A stretch of DNA of 62,615 bases, the filler included, from Choristocarpus tenellus KU-1152 (Eukaryota > Protista > Phaeophyceae), in assembly GCA_964200185.2 (NCBI GenBank). It is 10 parts of 10 records of this genome, joined end to end, with 100 filler letters (N's around TTAATTAATTAA, not from the genome) between each part and the next. Parts side by side here need not be neighbours in the genome. Positions count along the whole stretch, not along the records: positions 23,425 to 35,612 come from CAXNAD020001933.1; positions 35,713 to 39,286 come from CAXNAD020019169.1; positions 39,387 to 47,527 come from CAXNAD020005091.1; 7 more parts are not named here. One strand, 5' to 3'. This document shows, piece by piece, positions 26,746 through 39,934 of this stretch. The notes beneath the pieces were generated by a model. The model ran no database searches, was not told the DNA's origin, and saw only the letters and a program-made list of their open reading frames with translations. Position 1 is the first letter of the stretch, and each line of letters starts with the position of its first letter. Position numbers and translations under genes: made by a program.

Positions 26746-27202
26746 TGTTACGGGCGAATGGCGCGAGCATTTCTTCCCGCGCTCTAACAAGCGCGAGCAG
26801 TGTACATGCGTGGGGAACCTTATAAAGAGGAACTCCGATTTGCTAAGTGTTGAAGAGTAAGATCTGTAACTCGGGAATGTATACAATGGTTTTGAGATGT
26901 ATTCCAACGTCTGCAAAGCAGAACAAATAAACGGTAGATGACAATCAAAGAAATAAGAGAGTGGTACATGAAAAATGCCCCGCCTCTTTCACTTTTCTTG
27001 ACTTTGATACCATGAGATACTGATATTGATTGAAAAAAGTACCCTTGTTCTGTCTGCTGACCCAACGTTCGTTTAAGCGGGTTGGGCCTATTGACTGTCG
27101 GAGCATTCCTGGAAGGCTTGTACGAACATCAGCGTCATCTACAGGCCTGTGGATTGGAGCTATATTTCCCGTGGAGGTGAGGTTCTGGAGCGTGCTGTAA
27201 CA
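26746..27202 (-). mobile_element. LTR family A, with adjacent Gypsy-like internal relic extending to ~28430
   Basis: TGTTAC...GTAACA termini; PPT-like GGTGGGGACAAGG precedes it on the - strand. Homologous LTRs at 35540, 53889 and 56035. Confidence 0.8.
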
Positions 27203-27471
27203 CCTTGTCCCCACCTGGAAGTAAAGTACTGTGGCAGCACAAACGTGGGTGGAGGACCCTGTCTGCTATGCGTCTGCGTAAATACCACCCCCCACTTGTG
27301 CTGGTGTGCCCTCGTATGGGGTAATGAGAGCGGGCAGCGCATGTGACCTTCAATATATGTCGAGCCTTACCACAAGGTCCTTCTTCTGGGTTATCCGAAC
27401 CGCCTTCACATCTTGTCGTCCCAGTGCTCCATAATTGCAGCTACGCGTAAGTCTCCCGTAAAAGGTTGTCC

Positions 27472-28028
27472 TGCGTGGAAAACATCGTAGATGGTGTGGA
27501 CTCTTGGCGCTTGTGAGTCCTGAAGAGGAATCAAGAGAAGTTGGTTGGTGTTCTCAGTGTCTCTGTTATTACACTCTGAATAGTTCTTCTATCTGTGGAG
27601 ACAGGATAAGGGTGAGAAGACAACTGAGGAAAGAGAAGTGAACACCAATTCTGAAAAGGGGGGCTTTGGTAGACCCAAAGTTCAACAGTGCAAGTGCAGC
27701 GAAGAATCCGTAACACTTCAAGTCCAGTTCAAACAGTCGTATAAAACAATTGATGTTGTATGTATAACTTTGTTGTACTTGAGTGTTCAGTCAAACAATC
27801 ATCTAAAACGATACAGTTAAACAATAATGTACTGTACATTGCACACATTGTATGTATAATTATTCCTGTACTTCCATCTAACCGTTGTAAGCGCAAAGTA
27901 GTAATGTGATTGCTCTATTAGCCTGTATAATGGTACAGAAGTAGGTCCGTGGCTTCTCCGTCTTTGCCACGCGCTCTGGACCTTGTGTAGACGGATTTTC
28001 TTGATCTGTTGCACCTTGATTTCTGACG
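27472..28028. mobile_element. LTR family B, second copy, nested in the Gypsy-like relic
   Basis: Colinear with 24345-24907 (ggactcttggcgct..gagtcctgaagaggaatcaagag ... gcaccttgatttctgac). Confidence 0.75.
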
Positions 28029-28444
28029 CCCTAGAGGTGTTAGTATGTTCCCAGCACACAATACGATCCAGTTCTCCTCTCCCAAATTCCCTGCGCACCT
28101 GGTCGATAGACATTCTTCTTGGCCGTGTGCCCACTCTGGAGGTAGCCAGCTTGGGGTGGTTTGGGGGGGAGGTGGGGGGGGTCTGGAGTGCTTTGAGCAC
28201 TCCTGGCAGCTTGTGCGTAAGACCTACCTACCTACACATGCGTACGAACCTCCGCTTTGCGGATAGACTGATAGGAGGCATCGCCCCCATATCAATCTCC
28301 GTGGCGACCCCCAGGGACTGTGAGCTGAGCATTGCAGTACTGGGATCTATAGCTACCTTTTTGGTGGTCTAAGCCAGCGAGATAGAGGGGCTAGGTAGGC
28401 CTCCCACACCCCAGTACACTTCTCAGTGATGATTCTTGCACACC

Positions 28445-31400
28445 AACAGAGGGCCCAACTACCCACCACTTCCAGGCGAGTGTACATCGGTTGGGACTAA
28501 ACCTCCTATTGGGAGCCCAGTCCTGGTCTGTACACGAGCGCGTGGACATGGGTATGCATTTTTTTTGTTTTGTTTTATCCCCAATGTGGAAATGAGGTCA
28601 AAACCCCGTACTGATACTTATACATGACGAATCATGCCTTCGCATGCCAATTGAAGTGGCCACTCCAAGTCTCGTTGGGCATCGACTTGGAGCGCGGGGT
28701 AGGCACAAGGGTTGACAACACTGCTAACCCAGGTAGTGTGGGGAATGCATCTCTTGATTATTTAATTTTTTTGGTTCAGCAGGAGGAGGAGCAGGAGGAA
28801 GCAGAGGTGACTGTTGATTTATTTATTTTGTAGGTGATTGTTGTTTTGTTTGTTTTATCCCCAGTGCGGGAATGAGGTCAAAACCCCGTACCGGTACTTA
28901 TACATGACGAATCATGCTTTCGCATGCCAATTGTAGTGGCCACTCCAAGTCTCATTGGGCATGAACTTGGTAGGTACGAGGGTTGACAACACTGCTAACC
29001 CAGATAGTGCGGGGATTGCACCCACTAAAAAACCTCGCCAACTCTCCCACCCGGATTCAGTCCGCTCACGACCTGCCGTCGATAAACATGCTTGGGCCCT
29101 CAGCGATTGATGGGGTAAGGGCATGGCATGCCCCACTCCACAATCCCGACTTCCAAAGACGCCATCTCCCCAGAATGTCGGGACTCCCGGTATCGCACTC
29201 GGTAGCTCCCACTCACAGATGGCACCCCCCTTTCAGTCTAATAATGACTGTTCCCTTGTTAAGGGGTGGGTTTGCCGCTCGAGTAACCCCCCGGAGGCCA
29301 CGCCTTCGACCTTTGACCCGGGAGGCAATATTCCACACGCTACAACACCATGCACACCAGCATCATTTTTTTCGGACGGGCTTACAGGGGTTCTTCCTTA
29401 TTACGGGACCACTTCCCTTGCCATCCTCTCCCCGCCTTAGGAGGACTTGTAAGTTCTTCCTCCAACCTAAGGCTACACTCAATCCGAGTCACATGAAGCA
29501 AATCACCCAGCAAGCTATATTCTTAAGCATGAAAAAAATTGGAGGGAAGGGGAGGGAGGTATTCTGTTCAGTGGTTGCATCCGGGGGACCAATTCCAACC
29601 TAGTTATACCCTAATATATGGTGTTGTAAACCCCGCCATAATGACCATGTTCGGAGCGGTCACTGGGGTATTGTCACACCTGCCTCAAGAAGTTTTCGTG
29701 CGTACTTCTCCTTCAAATATTTCCCTGCCCCCATCCCACCTCATTAAGGAAAGCTGCATCGGGACGGGTATGTACATCTCTTGGTGATGAGGGTACGACA
29801 CCAATGGTGTCATACCTCAAAAGAGGGCTCCCCCACCACTTCCAGTTGGATGTACTTCGGAGGGGGGTAGGAGATTTTTTTCCATCCCCCAGTGTGGGAT
29901 TGAGGTCAAAATCCCTTACTGATACTTATACATGACGAATCATGCTTTCGTATGCCAATTCTAATGGCCACTCCAAGTCTCATTCGGCATAAACTTGGAG
30001 CGCAAGGTAGGTACCAGGGTTGACAACACTGCTAACCCAGGTAGTGTGGGGATTACACCCACTAAAAACCTCGCCAATTCTCCCACCCAGACTTGGTCTG
30101 TAAACAACCTGCCAAACATAAACACGCTTGGGACCTCGGCGATTGATGGGGTAAGGGTATGGCGTTCCCCGCTCCAAAATCTCGACTTCCGAAGACACCA
30201 TGTCCATAGAATGCCGGGACTCCGGGCATCACACTCGGTAGCTGAGTGAAAGTATCTTAGAGGGTACGAGTTTTTCCCTGTTTGTCCAATTGGGGCTTGG
30301 CTCCCCACGGGTTTTTAAGGACATTTTACCTTCTCAAGAATGTTTCGAGTAGGTGAAATGTAGACGTTATGAAAAGGTGTGCCCAGAGCAAGGATATTGA
30401 CAGTTCCTAACAAACATGATAGCCAAAATTACATCAAAATTGCAACGTTGGATTTTGCCCCCCAAATGGACGCGGCTCCAACCTCTAAGATATTTTGGCT
30501 CAGCTCCCACTTGCAGTCGACATCCCCCCTTCAGTCTAACCTAGACTGTTTCCCTGTTAAAGGGTGGGCTTGCCGCTCGAGTAACCTGTAGGCCGCGCCT
30601 ACGAACTTTATCCTCACGCTACACCACCTTCCATACCAGCACCATTTTTTTCGGACGGGCCTACAGGGGTTCTTCCTTGTTACAGGACCACTTCCCTTGC
30701 CGTCCTCTCCCTGCTTAAGGTGGAGTCCTATAATCTTCTTCCGCCCTACGGGTACCCTCAATCCAAGTCACATGAAGCAAATCACCCGGCAAGCTATATA
30801 TATTCTTAACATGGAAAAAATTTGTAGGAAAGGGTATGCACTGTACAGTGGTTGCATCTGGGGGACCAATTCAAACCTAAGCCCCCCTTTATGCAGCCTG
30901 TGCGGGATTTAAACCCTAATATATATGGTGTTGTAAACCCCACCGAAATGACCATGGAGATGGTGGACATGGGGTATTTATTGCCACACCTGTCTCTGGG
31001 AGTTTTTTCGCGTCTCTTTCCTTCAACTATATCCTTGCCCCCATCCCACCTCATTAAGGAAAGCTGCATTTTTTTTTTATCCCCAGTGATCAGGAAGGAA
31101 CCCGTGTCCTACGCTTATTTATTCGCATGGTCCTCTACCGTTTCCGGTGGACCCCATTTCTTCCACAACCTCAGACCTTAAGGTAAGGTCGTCATTATCG
31201 TGGCTTCCATGGAGGGTTAGGCTCCAGAACCAAGTCAACGACTCACATCTTGGTTCAGGCAGTGTTGGAGTTTCACTAACTAAACCTTCTACTGCGATCC
31301 CAGTCTCACCCTGTACACAAGCAACCCTACCCAATAGGGCTTTGGCCCTCAGCGGTTGATGGGGTTTGGGTCTTGACACCCAACGCCCTGATACCTGGGG

Positions 31401-32504
31401 CTCGTGCCCGGGTAATTCACGAGAGAAAGCTGGTCACGCAGAGGCAGCCAAACGTCTGAACCCGGGGGGGCAACACATTGAGGGTAAGTGGGGCATCTTT
31501 CACCTTCATCTTCTGGTCCCAGAATCTGAGTCGTTTCCTTCTCGTCCTCTGGATCCTTAAATGTTGGATCAAGTGCCCACCCCCCAATACGCTTCCCCTC
31601 TAACTCTCCGCCTAAGAGTAGGGTCACCCATTTACTTTGAGCACCAGGAATAGAGGGGTCAAAGTGAGATTTGACCACCCCTATCAGTTCGTCTACGAAG
31701 TGTTCCCTTGCAGCCCTCCACTGCACACACTCCAACATCATGTGTGGTAGATCCTCCGCCACATCCAGTTGGCACCAGGATCACATTTTTTTATATTTAT
31801 CGTTTTGGCGCAGGAGCCCTGCTTTGGCCATTTTGGAGACCGTTCAGAACTCACCTATCCTACATCTCACTATCATCACCATGCCCGAGGCCAAGTTGGG
31901 GAAGCACCCGATTCTTAAGTGTGTGAGGCGCTGTTTCTCATATTGTGCTTCGATGTACACATCCCCCGTTTTGGAACTAAGCATCCTTTCCTCTCTGAAC
32001 CAGACAGCTTTGCATAGAAGTCGGCCTAGAGGTTTTGGTGCCATGGTGATCCACCCTCCTGTTTCTCTTATCGCGTCTGGTGTGGAGTCAGGCATATAGT
32101 CGCCCAACCTATGCATGTTCCGGTTTATCCACCTGCGTGTGCCCGTTACCCAAGTCCAAGATCAATGCTTAAATGGTGTCTCCACCAGCGTGTTGATCCA
32201 GGTGCTCAGGGTGTAGCACTTGTTCAGTGCTCTAGCTCACTGCGCACACGGGTGGAGTCCCCATTTAACGCCACAGGACGACATTGGACACCAGGGAGGT
32301 GGCCCAAAGGCCGACACATATGCATAGACTCCGGTTAAGGAAATACTGCATTCGCTGCGTGATCGCCTTGTTCATTCCATAAATCTCGGAGCCCAAGAGC
32401 AACGTGGGGTATATTACTCCCCTTACCACTGTCACTTTCATAGGCAGAGGTATACTTCTGTTACTCAGGAACGAGTGAACCGCCCCAATGAGGTTTTCAG
32501 CACT
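28445..32504 (-). mobile_element. Stack of 5'-truncated LINE 3' ends; the largest piece (31070-32504) retains RT C-terminus and zf-RVT
   Basis: Related units start (plus strand) with T-rich tails + ccccagtg at ~28560, 28840, 29875 and 31070. ORFs contain KVTVVRGVIYPTLLLGSEIYG and EDLPHMMLECVQW (CCHC-type). Confidence 0.75.
30244..30501 (-). mobile_element. MITE copy 4, with an empty-site control
   Basis: Perfect TSD AGCT/AGCT; the sister LINE unit at ~29201 reads ggtagctcccac uninterrupted. Confidence 0.95.
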
Positions 32505-32763
32505 GAGCCAAAGTATCTTAGAGGGTAGAGCCGCGTCCATTTGGGACCCAAAATCCAATGTTGCGATTCTGATGTAATTTTGGCTATCGTGTTTGTTAGG
32601 AAGTGTCAGTATCCTTGTTCCAGACACACCTTTTCATAAGGTGTACATTTTACCCACTCCAGAATATTTTGGATTAGGAAAATATCATAAGAGGACCCAT
32701 TGGAAGCCAAGTCCCAAATGGACAAACATGGCAAAACTCGCACCCTCTAAGATACTTTCACTC
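32505..32763 (+). mobile_element. MITE copy 5
   Basis: Full-length TIRs; flanks do not match (cact/ttca), and the LINE is truncated here. Confidence 0.9.
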
Positions 32764-35539
32764 TTCAAGAAATGCTTGTCATACCGAAGACAAGTAAATG
32801 ATTCATAGAAAGTTAGTTTGGACGTTTGTAAACCCCACAGTATAGAGTAAGGGTGCCATCAACCCCCCTGTGTTCAATGGAATAGATACCATAGGCCCCT
32901 TTTAGCACTAATATTATACATCCACACCAAACCACATAGTGCCCTCTATCAAGGTACACAGTTGATAATCTTAGCCACGGGTCCATTGTAGAACACTTGA
33001 ACAACACCCCCCATTAGGAGTCTGTAGAGATATAGAAGAGGTCTCGAGGATGAAAAATTTGTCGTTGGATTGGACGGATGTAGTAAGGATATAAGTAGAA
33101 AAGATGCAAAATAACGCCAAGGAAAGTAGAGTACGATGGTTGGTCATACATCTGTACTACAACTAATACAGTTTTTTTTTAGCCCAGAGTCGATCGTTGA
33201 AGCCCAGAGGGAGATTTTCCACAAATAGATTTTTTTTGCCAATAGAGTTCTGTGAGACGGAACTGAAATTATATTTTGTCATACATACTGTGTTCTATCA
33301 CTGATGGGGAGCTAGACCAATCTCACACTGTGTCGTGCTTGTTCGTGTGCTCTGTTGGTATGTTGTAAGGCCAACAAATTCAACACAATGTTGTAAACGT
33401 GCCGTACCGCCACACTCTGCCATTGCTCTGACTGGTGCATCAGAAATACTTGTGATAAAAAATCTTGTAGATTCCAAATGGTCAACAAACATTGTTGGCA
33501 TTCTAAGGCCGATCTAAAGCACACACTATGATATTGGCCTACTGTATCTACCCACTTCATGGTTGGTCAATCATTAGCATCGCACATGGACAGGAGGTGG
33601 AGATGGCTTGGCTAAGCCCTAACGGGCAGGAGATGTGCTCCAAACTCATGCAGTACACATTCTCAATAGTTAGCCAATGGGCTGGCTCTACACTCCATAT
33701 TACGTGACGCTCACACCCCAGAAGAGTATAGAGAAGGAGGGGAGAAGAAATAAGATGGGTAGAAAAAAGAAAGCACCCAAACCACAAGAGCCCCTCACCC
33801 CCACCCCCCCTCCCCTTCCCTCCCACTTCTTGCCCTTGGATTTAGACTAGCCTGCTTTTAAGGGGGGGTTGACCTTGTCACGAGCTGGGAGTGGAGAGAA
33901 GGGGTGGCTGCAACTTGCAATAAAATCCGCAAACGGCTAAAACTGCCAGATATTTTGTAACTCTTCAACAACACATGGAAAACCAAGGAGAAGGGGAGTA
34001 TGCTCAGCTATCTCAAATTGTCTCTGTTGGACCTACCGCTACTTGAGCCACTACTGCTATCATTACTGCTAATACGACTGGAACGACGAAGATGGCGAAC
34101 TGTGAGTAATTGTTGAATGAATGAGGTCTTTGTGGTGGCATCCTGTACATGTTTATATTGATTTCCTACCTTTTTTCTTCGTATGTCCTTTCATCCTTCC
34201 ATACCTTATTTGTCGTGTACAACTATCCCTCATGTTGTACTCTTCCTGTGCTTACTGGTGCACGGGGTAAGTTAGCTCGAGCCACTGCTGCTACTATCAC
34301 CCCTGTGTTCACCTTGTTAATATTTTTTGTTTCGTTACTTGGAGTGTTCTGTTATTATTGTTTTTTAATTGTCTACCCCCTTGTACGGTTAACGTTTAAA
34401 GCACCATCGCGGCTTATGAACTTGTTCAGGAGGAAACTATACTTCAGACATCTTGGTAGAGACAACCAAGTGATGATGATGCGTGTGTCTTGTTCTTGTT
34501 CTTGTTTATTTTATCCCTATTGACCTCTCATATTCACAATCCATTTGTACTTGAGAGATTAGGACGACCCTCTCACTACAAAAAAGCACTGTTTCTACCC
34601 CTCCCCTCCCCCTCCCTTGGTGTCATAAACGGTGCTGTTCTATTACAATTAGGGGCGCTTTGCGTTCTGTAGTTTCTTCTCCTTCGTTGAATTACCCTCA
34701 GACTCTTGTTGTAGGTGTAGTAGGCAGATTTAGGTGAAGAAATATTGTTTGTTTTATGCCTTGTTGTTCTCGTTACTATGTGGTGAGTGCCTGTTGTTGT
34801 TGTTATCATGTTGTATCGACAAAGCCAACAGCAAGTGGTTTTTCCTTGTGTATCCCTTCAGCATTGCCACCACTCAGTAGTACTACTGCTACTGCTACTG
34901 CTACTGCTACTGCTACTACAACCAACCACTACTGCCCACATTCATTCGTTCATTTGTCTTGTGAGACATATGGTGATGATGATGATGAGGTGTAGAAAGC
35001 ATCGATCGATTATCAGTCTTTTTCATAGTGAGTGTGGTCCTGAATCCGATACCTCCTCCTCTCTCATTCCTCTAACACTAAATACTGTATTTGTTCTTTC
35101 TCTTTCCTTGCCCTTATTGTAGCAGCAGCAGCAGCAGTAAATTGTAATACTACTCGTGGTTAGAAATAGTGCGACTATCAATAGTAGTAGCAGTAGTACT
35201 GGTGTAGAAAACAACACAGTTTCACAAACAACAAATAATGGGGTTATGCCAAAAAATGCCAACAACAGGCGTCATCATTCTCACCGAGTGAGGGGCCTAT
35301 AACACGCATAAAATGCCAACAAATCTTGTACACAGGCACGACACTGCTCGAGATTAGGACTCATTTCAACAACCTCCTCATCATGGACAAACTGGAGCAT
35401 CCATGACAAGAATAATTTTGGTTTCGTCTCGCAGAATTCAACGACCAAAAATGCATTTTCTAGGAAATATCACTTTGGGTTTCAGTAACTCTTGTGTTTC
35501 TTGTGCTTCAACCTTTAACTCCAAATCCCAAACCTGTCG

Positions 35540-35612
35540 TGTTACAGGCGAGTAGCGCGAGTATTTCTTCCCGCGCTTTGACTGGCGCGAGCAGTATACG
35601 CGCGTGGGGAAC
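35540..35612 (-). mobile_element. LTR family A fragment at contig end
   Basis: tgttacaggcgagtagcgcgagtatttcttcccgcgc matches the copies at 26746 and 56035. Confidence 0.85.
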
Positions 35613-35720
35613 NNNNNNNNNNNNNNNNNNNNNNNNNNNNNNNNNNNNNNNNNNNNTTAATTAATTAANNNNNNNNNNNNNNNNNNNNNNNNNNNNNNNN
35701 NNNNNNNNNNNNGCACGTAC

Positions 35721-38700
35721 CCATCATCCAACATGCCCAACCATAGCACGTCCCAGGCAGCATCTAGTCTCAGGGTGGTCTCTTCTTCCCCCCCTGATCC
35801 CAATATATACAGTTCAACCCATCGGGAAACAAAATCTCCACTCAGGACAGCATCATCTGCGTTGCAAAGGTCATTAATAATATACGTACATTTTCATTGT
35901 TTTCGGGTTAATATGGGGCACAGTGTCTCATCAATGTGACCTACTTTAGTAGCTGTCTCCTGTGCTTATAGATCACAGTTGCACATTGGGAAAGGTGAAA
36001 CCTCACTGCCTTTCCCTTGCTCACCAATTGCCTCTCTTGTATGAATGTTACACAGGTTTGGTACAACAAAGGGACTATTTTCAATAAACTCTCTCGTGGG
36101 AGTACGACAAAATGTGTTCTTTCAAGAGGACCTCCTTTCCAAAACAGTAATAGATTGCACTAGAACATCTTTTCTTCATCGTCTCATTCAATCATATGTT
36201 TGACTAAATCCCCCCCAACTTATTTTGCCCATCTCTCGACACTGAATTATGTTTGACTTTTTTATTCTTTGTTCTTGAACTTTCTCAGCTGAAGCTTGAC
36301 TCAACTCCTTCATACATCAGTTATTCACCAAAGACCCATAGCATCTCAGGGGGGGGGGAAAGGTGTTCAGGCCAGGCTGTTCAATAGGGGCTCGATAGGG
36401 CGTTGTAAAATACTCCAGTTTGATACCTATTTTGCGGGTGGTTTCCTTCAGAATTGGTTCAGGCAAGGGGACGGAAATTGAAGGTGAGTTCAGATGAAGG
36501 AAAATATGACAGTTACCTCTACAACTCTCGAGGAAATTGTGGCCGTACCATAGTGCTATAACGCTGCATATATATATATATACACACACACTGCACTTCA
36601 TGGCAGCCAAAACAAAAAAATACTTTCTATGCCAGATTTTTCTTTTGATTTAGAGTCAAGGCTTTCCACACATTCTTCACCACCACTCTTCGAACAATGG
36701 TTACCATCCTACTCTACAAGAATCCTCTTCTTTTTCCTTTTGCTACGAGAATAAGCATACAGGAGTTACAAACGTTCTTTGGTCATGACCAACAAAAACG
36801 GGTAAGACAAACCCGATCGATTCTATTCCATCTCCGTCGTGGATGATCAATAAGCACTAGGGAATAGGGAGGCTGAAGTCAGAAAGACACACACATATAT
36901 ATAGTAGGTGTGCCAACCTAGAGGCTCTACAAGGCTCTCCTTTGCTCTACCTCTTCTTCTTCTTGTCCCACCTTCCTGAGGAAGGAATGAGTCAATGCTA
37001 CTTGCCTTCTAGAACCAGGAAGGTATCATGTAAGGCCAGGGACATATCTTGGGCAATAGATTCCCAAACTCGGACGTGGCTCATGGCAACGCCAATGACA
37101 CTCCTGGCATGGGACAAGCATGTGTGCACACAAGGAGTGTGTCAAAGAGTGTTGTCTTTCGTTGTTGTTGGGGTCAAAGGCGTTAAATCAACCTCGGCGG
37201 TAACAACATTATGCACTCACTGAATCCTTGTCATCTTTTACTTGAGTATGTATATACTTCAAAGTATCGAACATATGTTCCCCCACATCCTATATCTGCT
37301 GGGAAGACATTAATTTTTTCCGCGTCCTAGGACCTGTGGTATCACGTGGCCATGGTGTTTCGAAAATACGCCTCGTCAAAAACTGGTAAACAAGAGAAAG
37401 GGGATGCGGCTTTGAGAGGAGGCTGAACGGAATGAAAGGAGGGGTGGGGAAAGAAAGCGCAGGGCAATCGGGTGTTGAATATCTAGCAGTATTTAAGAGG
37501 AGCTGATGCCTCACCTGGTGTAGGCATGATTCTGGAAAGGATTAAGTGATCTCCCATATGTCCAGCTGGAAAGGTTAAAGAGTCTCTGGATCCAGGGCTG
37601 CGACATATCTAATGTTCGACCATCAGTGGCCTCCATGAACGACAGCTCATCCTCAGGGATTCCCTTCCAATTCAAGAAAAAAGACAAGGTTTCCATGTAT
37701 GTCTCATCAACGGTGTATATGGATGACATAGCATGGGTCAGAGGAAGAGCAAGAGGTCCTGCAAAGGACAAGCAAGGCTCCACTTACCAACTTAGCCATC
37801 TGTGCCAGCATTGACTCCTTACGATCCACCCGGCGCTCAAGATTGATGACAATAGTTTCTTTGATGCCCAAGATCGATGACGATTTTTTCCTCTCTGCCC
37901 CCAACTCCCTTACCCCACCAACCGTGCTCACCCTTTCCCCCGGGCCTCCATCCTCCACCTTGTGATATAATTTAACACGAGCAGTCGAATGCCTTCCCTC
38001 AATTGTCTTGCTGAGTTCTCCATCTCTCTCTGTGTTGAGCTCTCTTTGTGATAGGATATCTGTTGCTGCCTGTCTAACTTCCTTGCTCCCATCCCGATCT
38101 CCTCTTGTCATGGTGCTTGCTTCCGGCAAATCTCCAAACAGTATCTTACCTTCCTTGCCAGCCAATGCCCCCCCCCCTCCCCCTGTGACCTCTGACTTTG
38201 CTGTGGAAGCAAAGGCAGCGGCACCATCACTGGAAAAATGAACGGGAGGTTTCATGACCTGCACCACAATTCCATCCCCCAACAACTTTCCATTATCCTC
38301 CCTCCTCAAGGTTCCAGATCTGTCTGAACAGGCTAGGGAAATAAGAGACGCCAAGGTTGGCGGTGATGGGACGATGAGTAGCCCTGTTGAGGACAACACC
38401 TCTTCCGCACCAAATTTGTTGGGGAGGTCTGCTTGGTGTCTGCTAGACAGGAAGTAAGATTTCTGCTCGTGCGAGAAGGGGTGTATATGGGAGGATGGGA
38501 GTACATGAGTGAACGTGTCTTAGAGGGTACAAGTTTTTCCCTTTTTGTCCATTTGGGGCTTGGCTTCCCACTTTTTTTTTAATGACATTTTCCTGCTCCG
38601 AAATGTTTCGGAGTAGGTAAAATGTATACGTTATAAAAAGGTGTATCCAGAACAAGGATATTGACATCTCCTAACAAACATGAAAGCCAAAATTGCATCA

Positions 38701-39022
38701 AAATTGCAACATTGGACTTTGGCGCCCAAATGGACGCGGCTCTACCCTCTCAGATACTTTGACTTACATCCTCCTCGTTTGACACGCTGATTCTCTTTCC
38801 ATCTAGTGGTATTTCACCTACTCCCTCCTCACTTTGCCGCTCACTAGTCCTTCCTGCATGAAATCGTTCATCTGCTGAGATCAACTCGTTCCTTGTCCAC
38901 ACAGTGACAGTGCCCCCAGGAGGAAGGTGTTTCATCGCTAGCCTTTGATACCAAGTTGAGTTGAAGATCATGGGATAATAGTTGGATGGGGATGGGGGAG
39001 GGCATCGCAGTGGTTGGCAGTA
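35721..39022 (-). CDS. Glycosyltransferase family 25 domain protein (procollagen galactosyltransferase/LgtB-like); partial
   Basis: Exons ~39022-37788 (interrupted by MITE copy 6), 37663-37515, 37103-37006 and ~35856-35721. They give VINLERRVDRKESM..|GIPEDELSFMEATDG..|SVIGVAMSHVRVWESI...FLVLE|DDAVL...WDVLWLG, the canonical GT25 motifs in order. Confidence 0.85.
38507..38765 (-). mobile_element. MITE copy 6, inside a GT25 coding exon
   Basis: Perfect TSD ACAT/ACAT; removing the element and one TSD restores a continuous reading frame. Confidence 0.93.
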
Positions 39023-39414
39023 CTGGGTCCGAGTTCACATGCCTTCCACATACACAAATTGCATCTTCAGTACTAACAAAGGTATTGTTAGTCTGAAGTT
39101 TCCACACGTTGAACACCCATCACAACAATGAGCCATCTGAGTGATACCGTCTATGAGGGGGATGCCATTGAGCTCTAAGGACTCCTATGACTACCTTGTG
39201 GTAAACGTATTTTGAGCACCACTATGGAGGGCACTTTTGGCCAGCAACTTGCTCACAAGCAAATATCATCTTCTAGTCACACCCACNNNNNNNNNNNNNN
39301 NNNNNNNNNNNNNNNNNNNNNNNNNNNNNNTTAATTAATTAANNNNNNNNNNNNNNNNNNNNNNNNNNNNNNNNNNNNNNNNNNNNCCGCCACCCCCTCC
39401 CAGATACTTTCAGC

Positions 39415-39800
39415 CATTTCGCACCTCGCCATTCTCCCATTTGACCTCATAGGGGTAGCTGAGTCGCTCCTCTCCCCACTGGCTCGGTATGACGGGGCTG
39501 GTATTTGGTGACGATCCCTTGCATCCACTGCTCGTCCATCCGAAAGTATAGTCCCCTGTCCTTGGCTCCTCGGACAGTAACTCTCGCAGTGCCCTTGCCA
39601 ATGGCGCAAACTTCTTTTCCTCATCCAAAAACCAAGCGGCGAGGTCCTTCCAAGTGTATCTGTCTCCTTCTTCCTCGTTCTGCCCATATTGGTGGTCGAC
39701 AAACATGTAGTGGAATAGGTGGAGGATTTTATGTGTGTTGGACTTCTTCCATGACCGGAGAGTGCTGTTATTGGTTGGTCTCCCAACCCTCCATTTCCTG
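39415..39800 (-). mobile_element. Probable LINE 3' fragment loosely related to the 28.4-32.5 kb family
   Basis: acctcgcca.tctccca motif shared with 29031 and 30068; short ORFs without a recognisable domain. Confidence 0.35.
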
Positions 39801-39934
39801 AAAAGGGGGATAGAGAAGTGGAGAGAAGTAGGTAGTCACGGCGGGATGCCGGATGAGATATATTTGCAATTCAGAAGAGATGATCAATATGTCGTTGTTA
39901 TTGCCTCCAAAGCACGCGAACAATGTAGGGAAAT

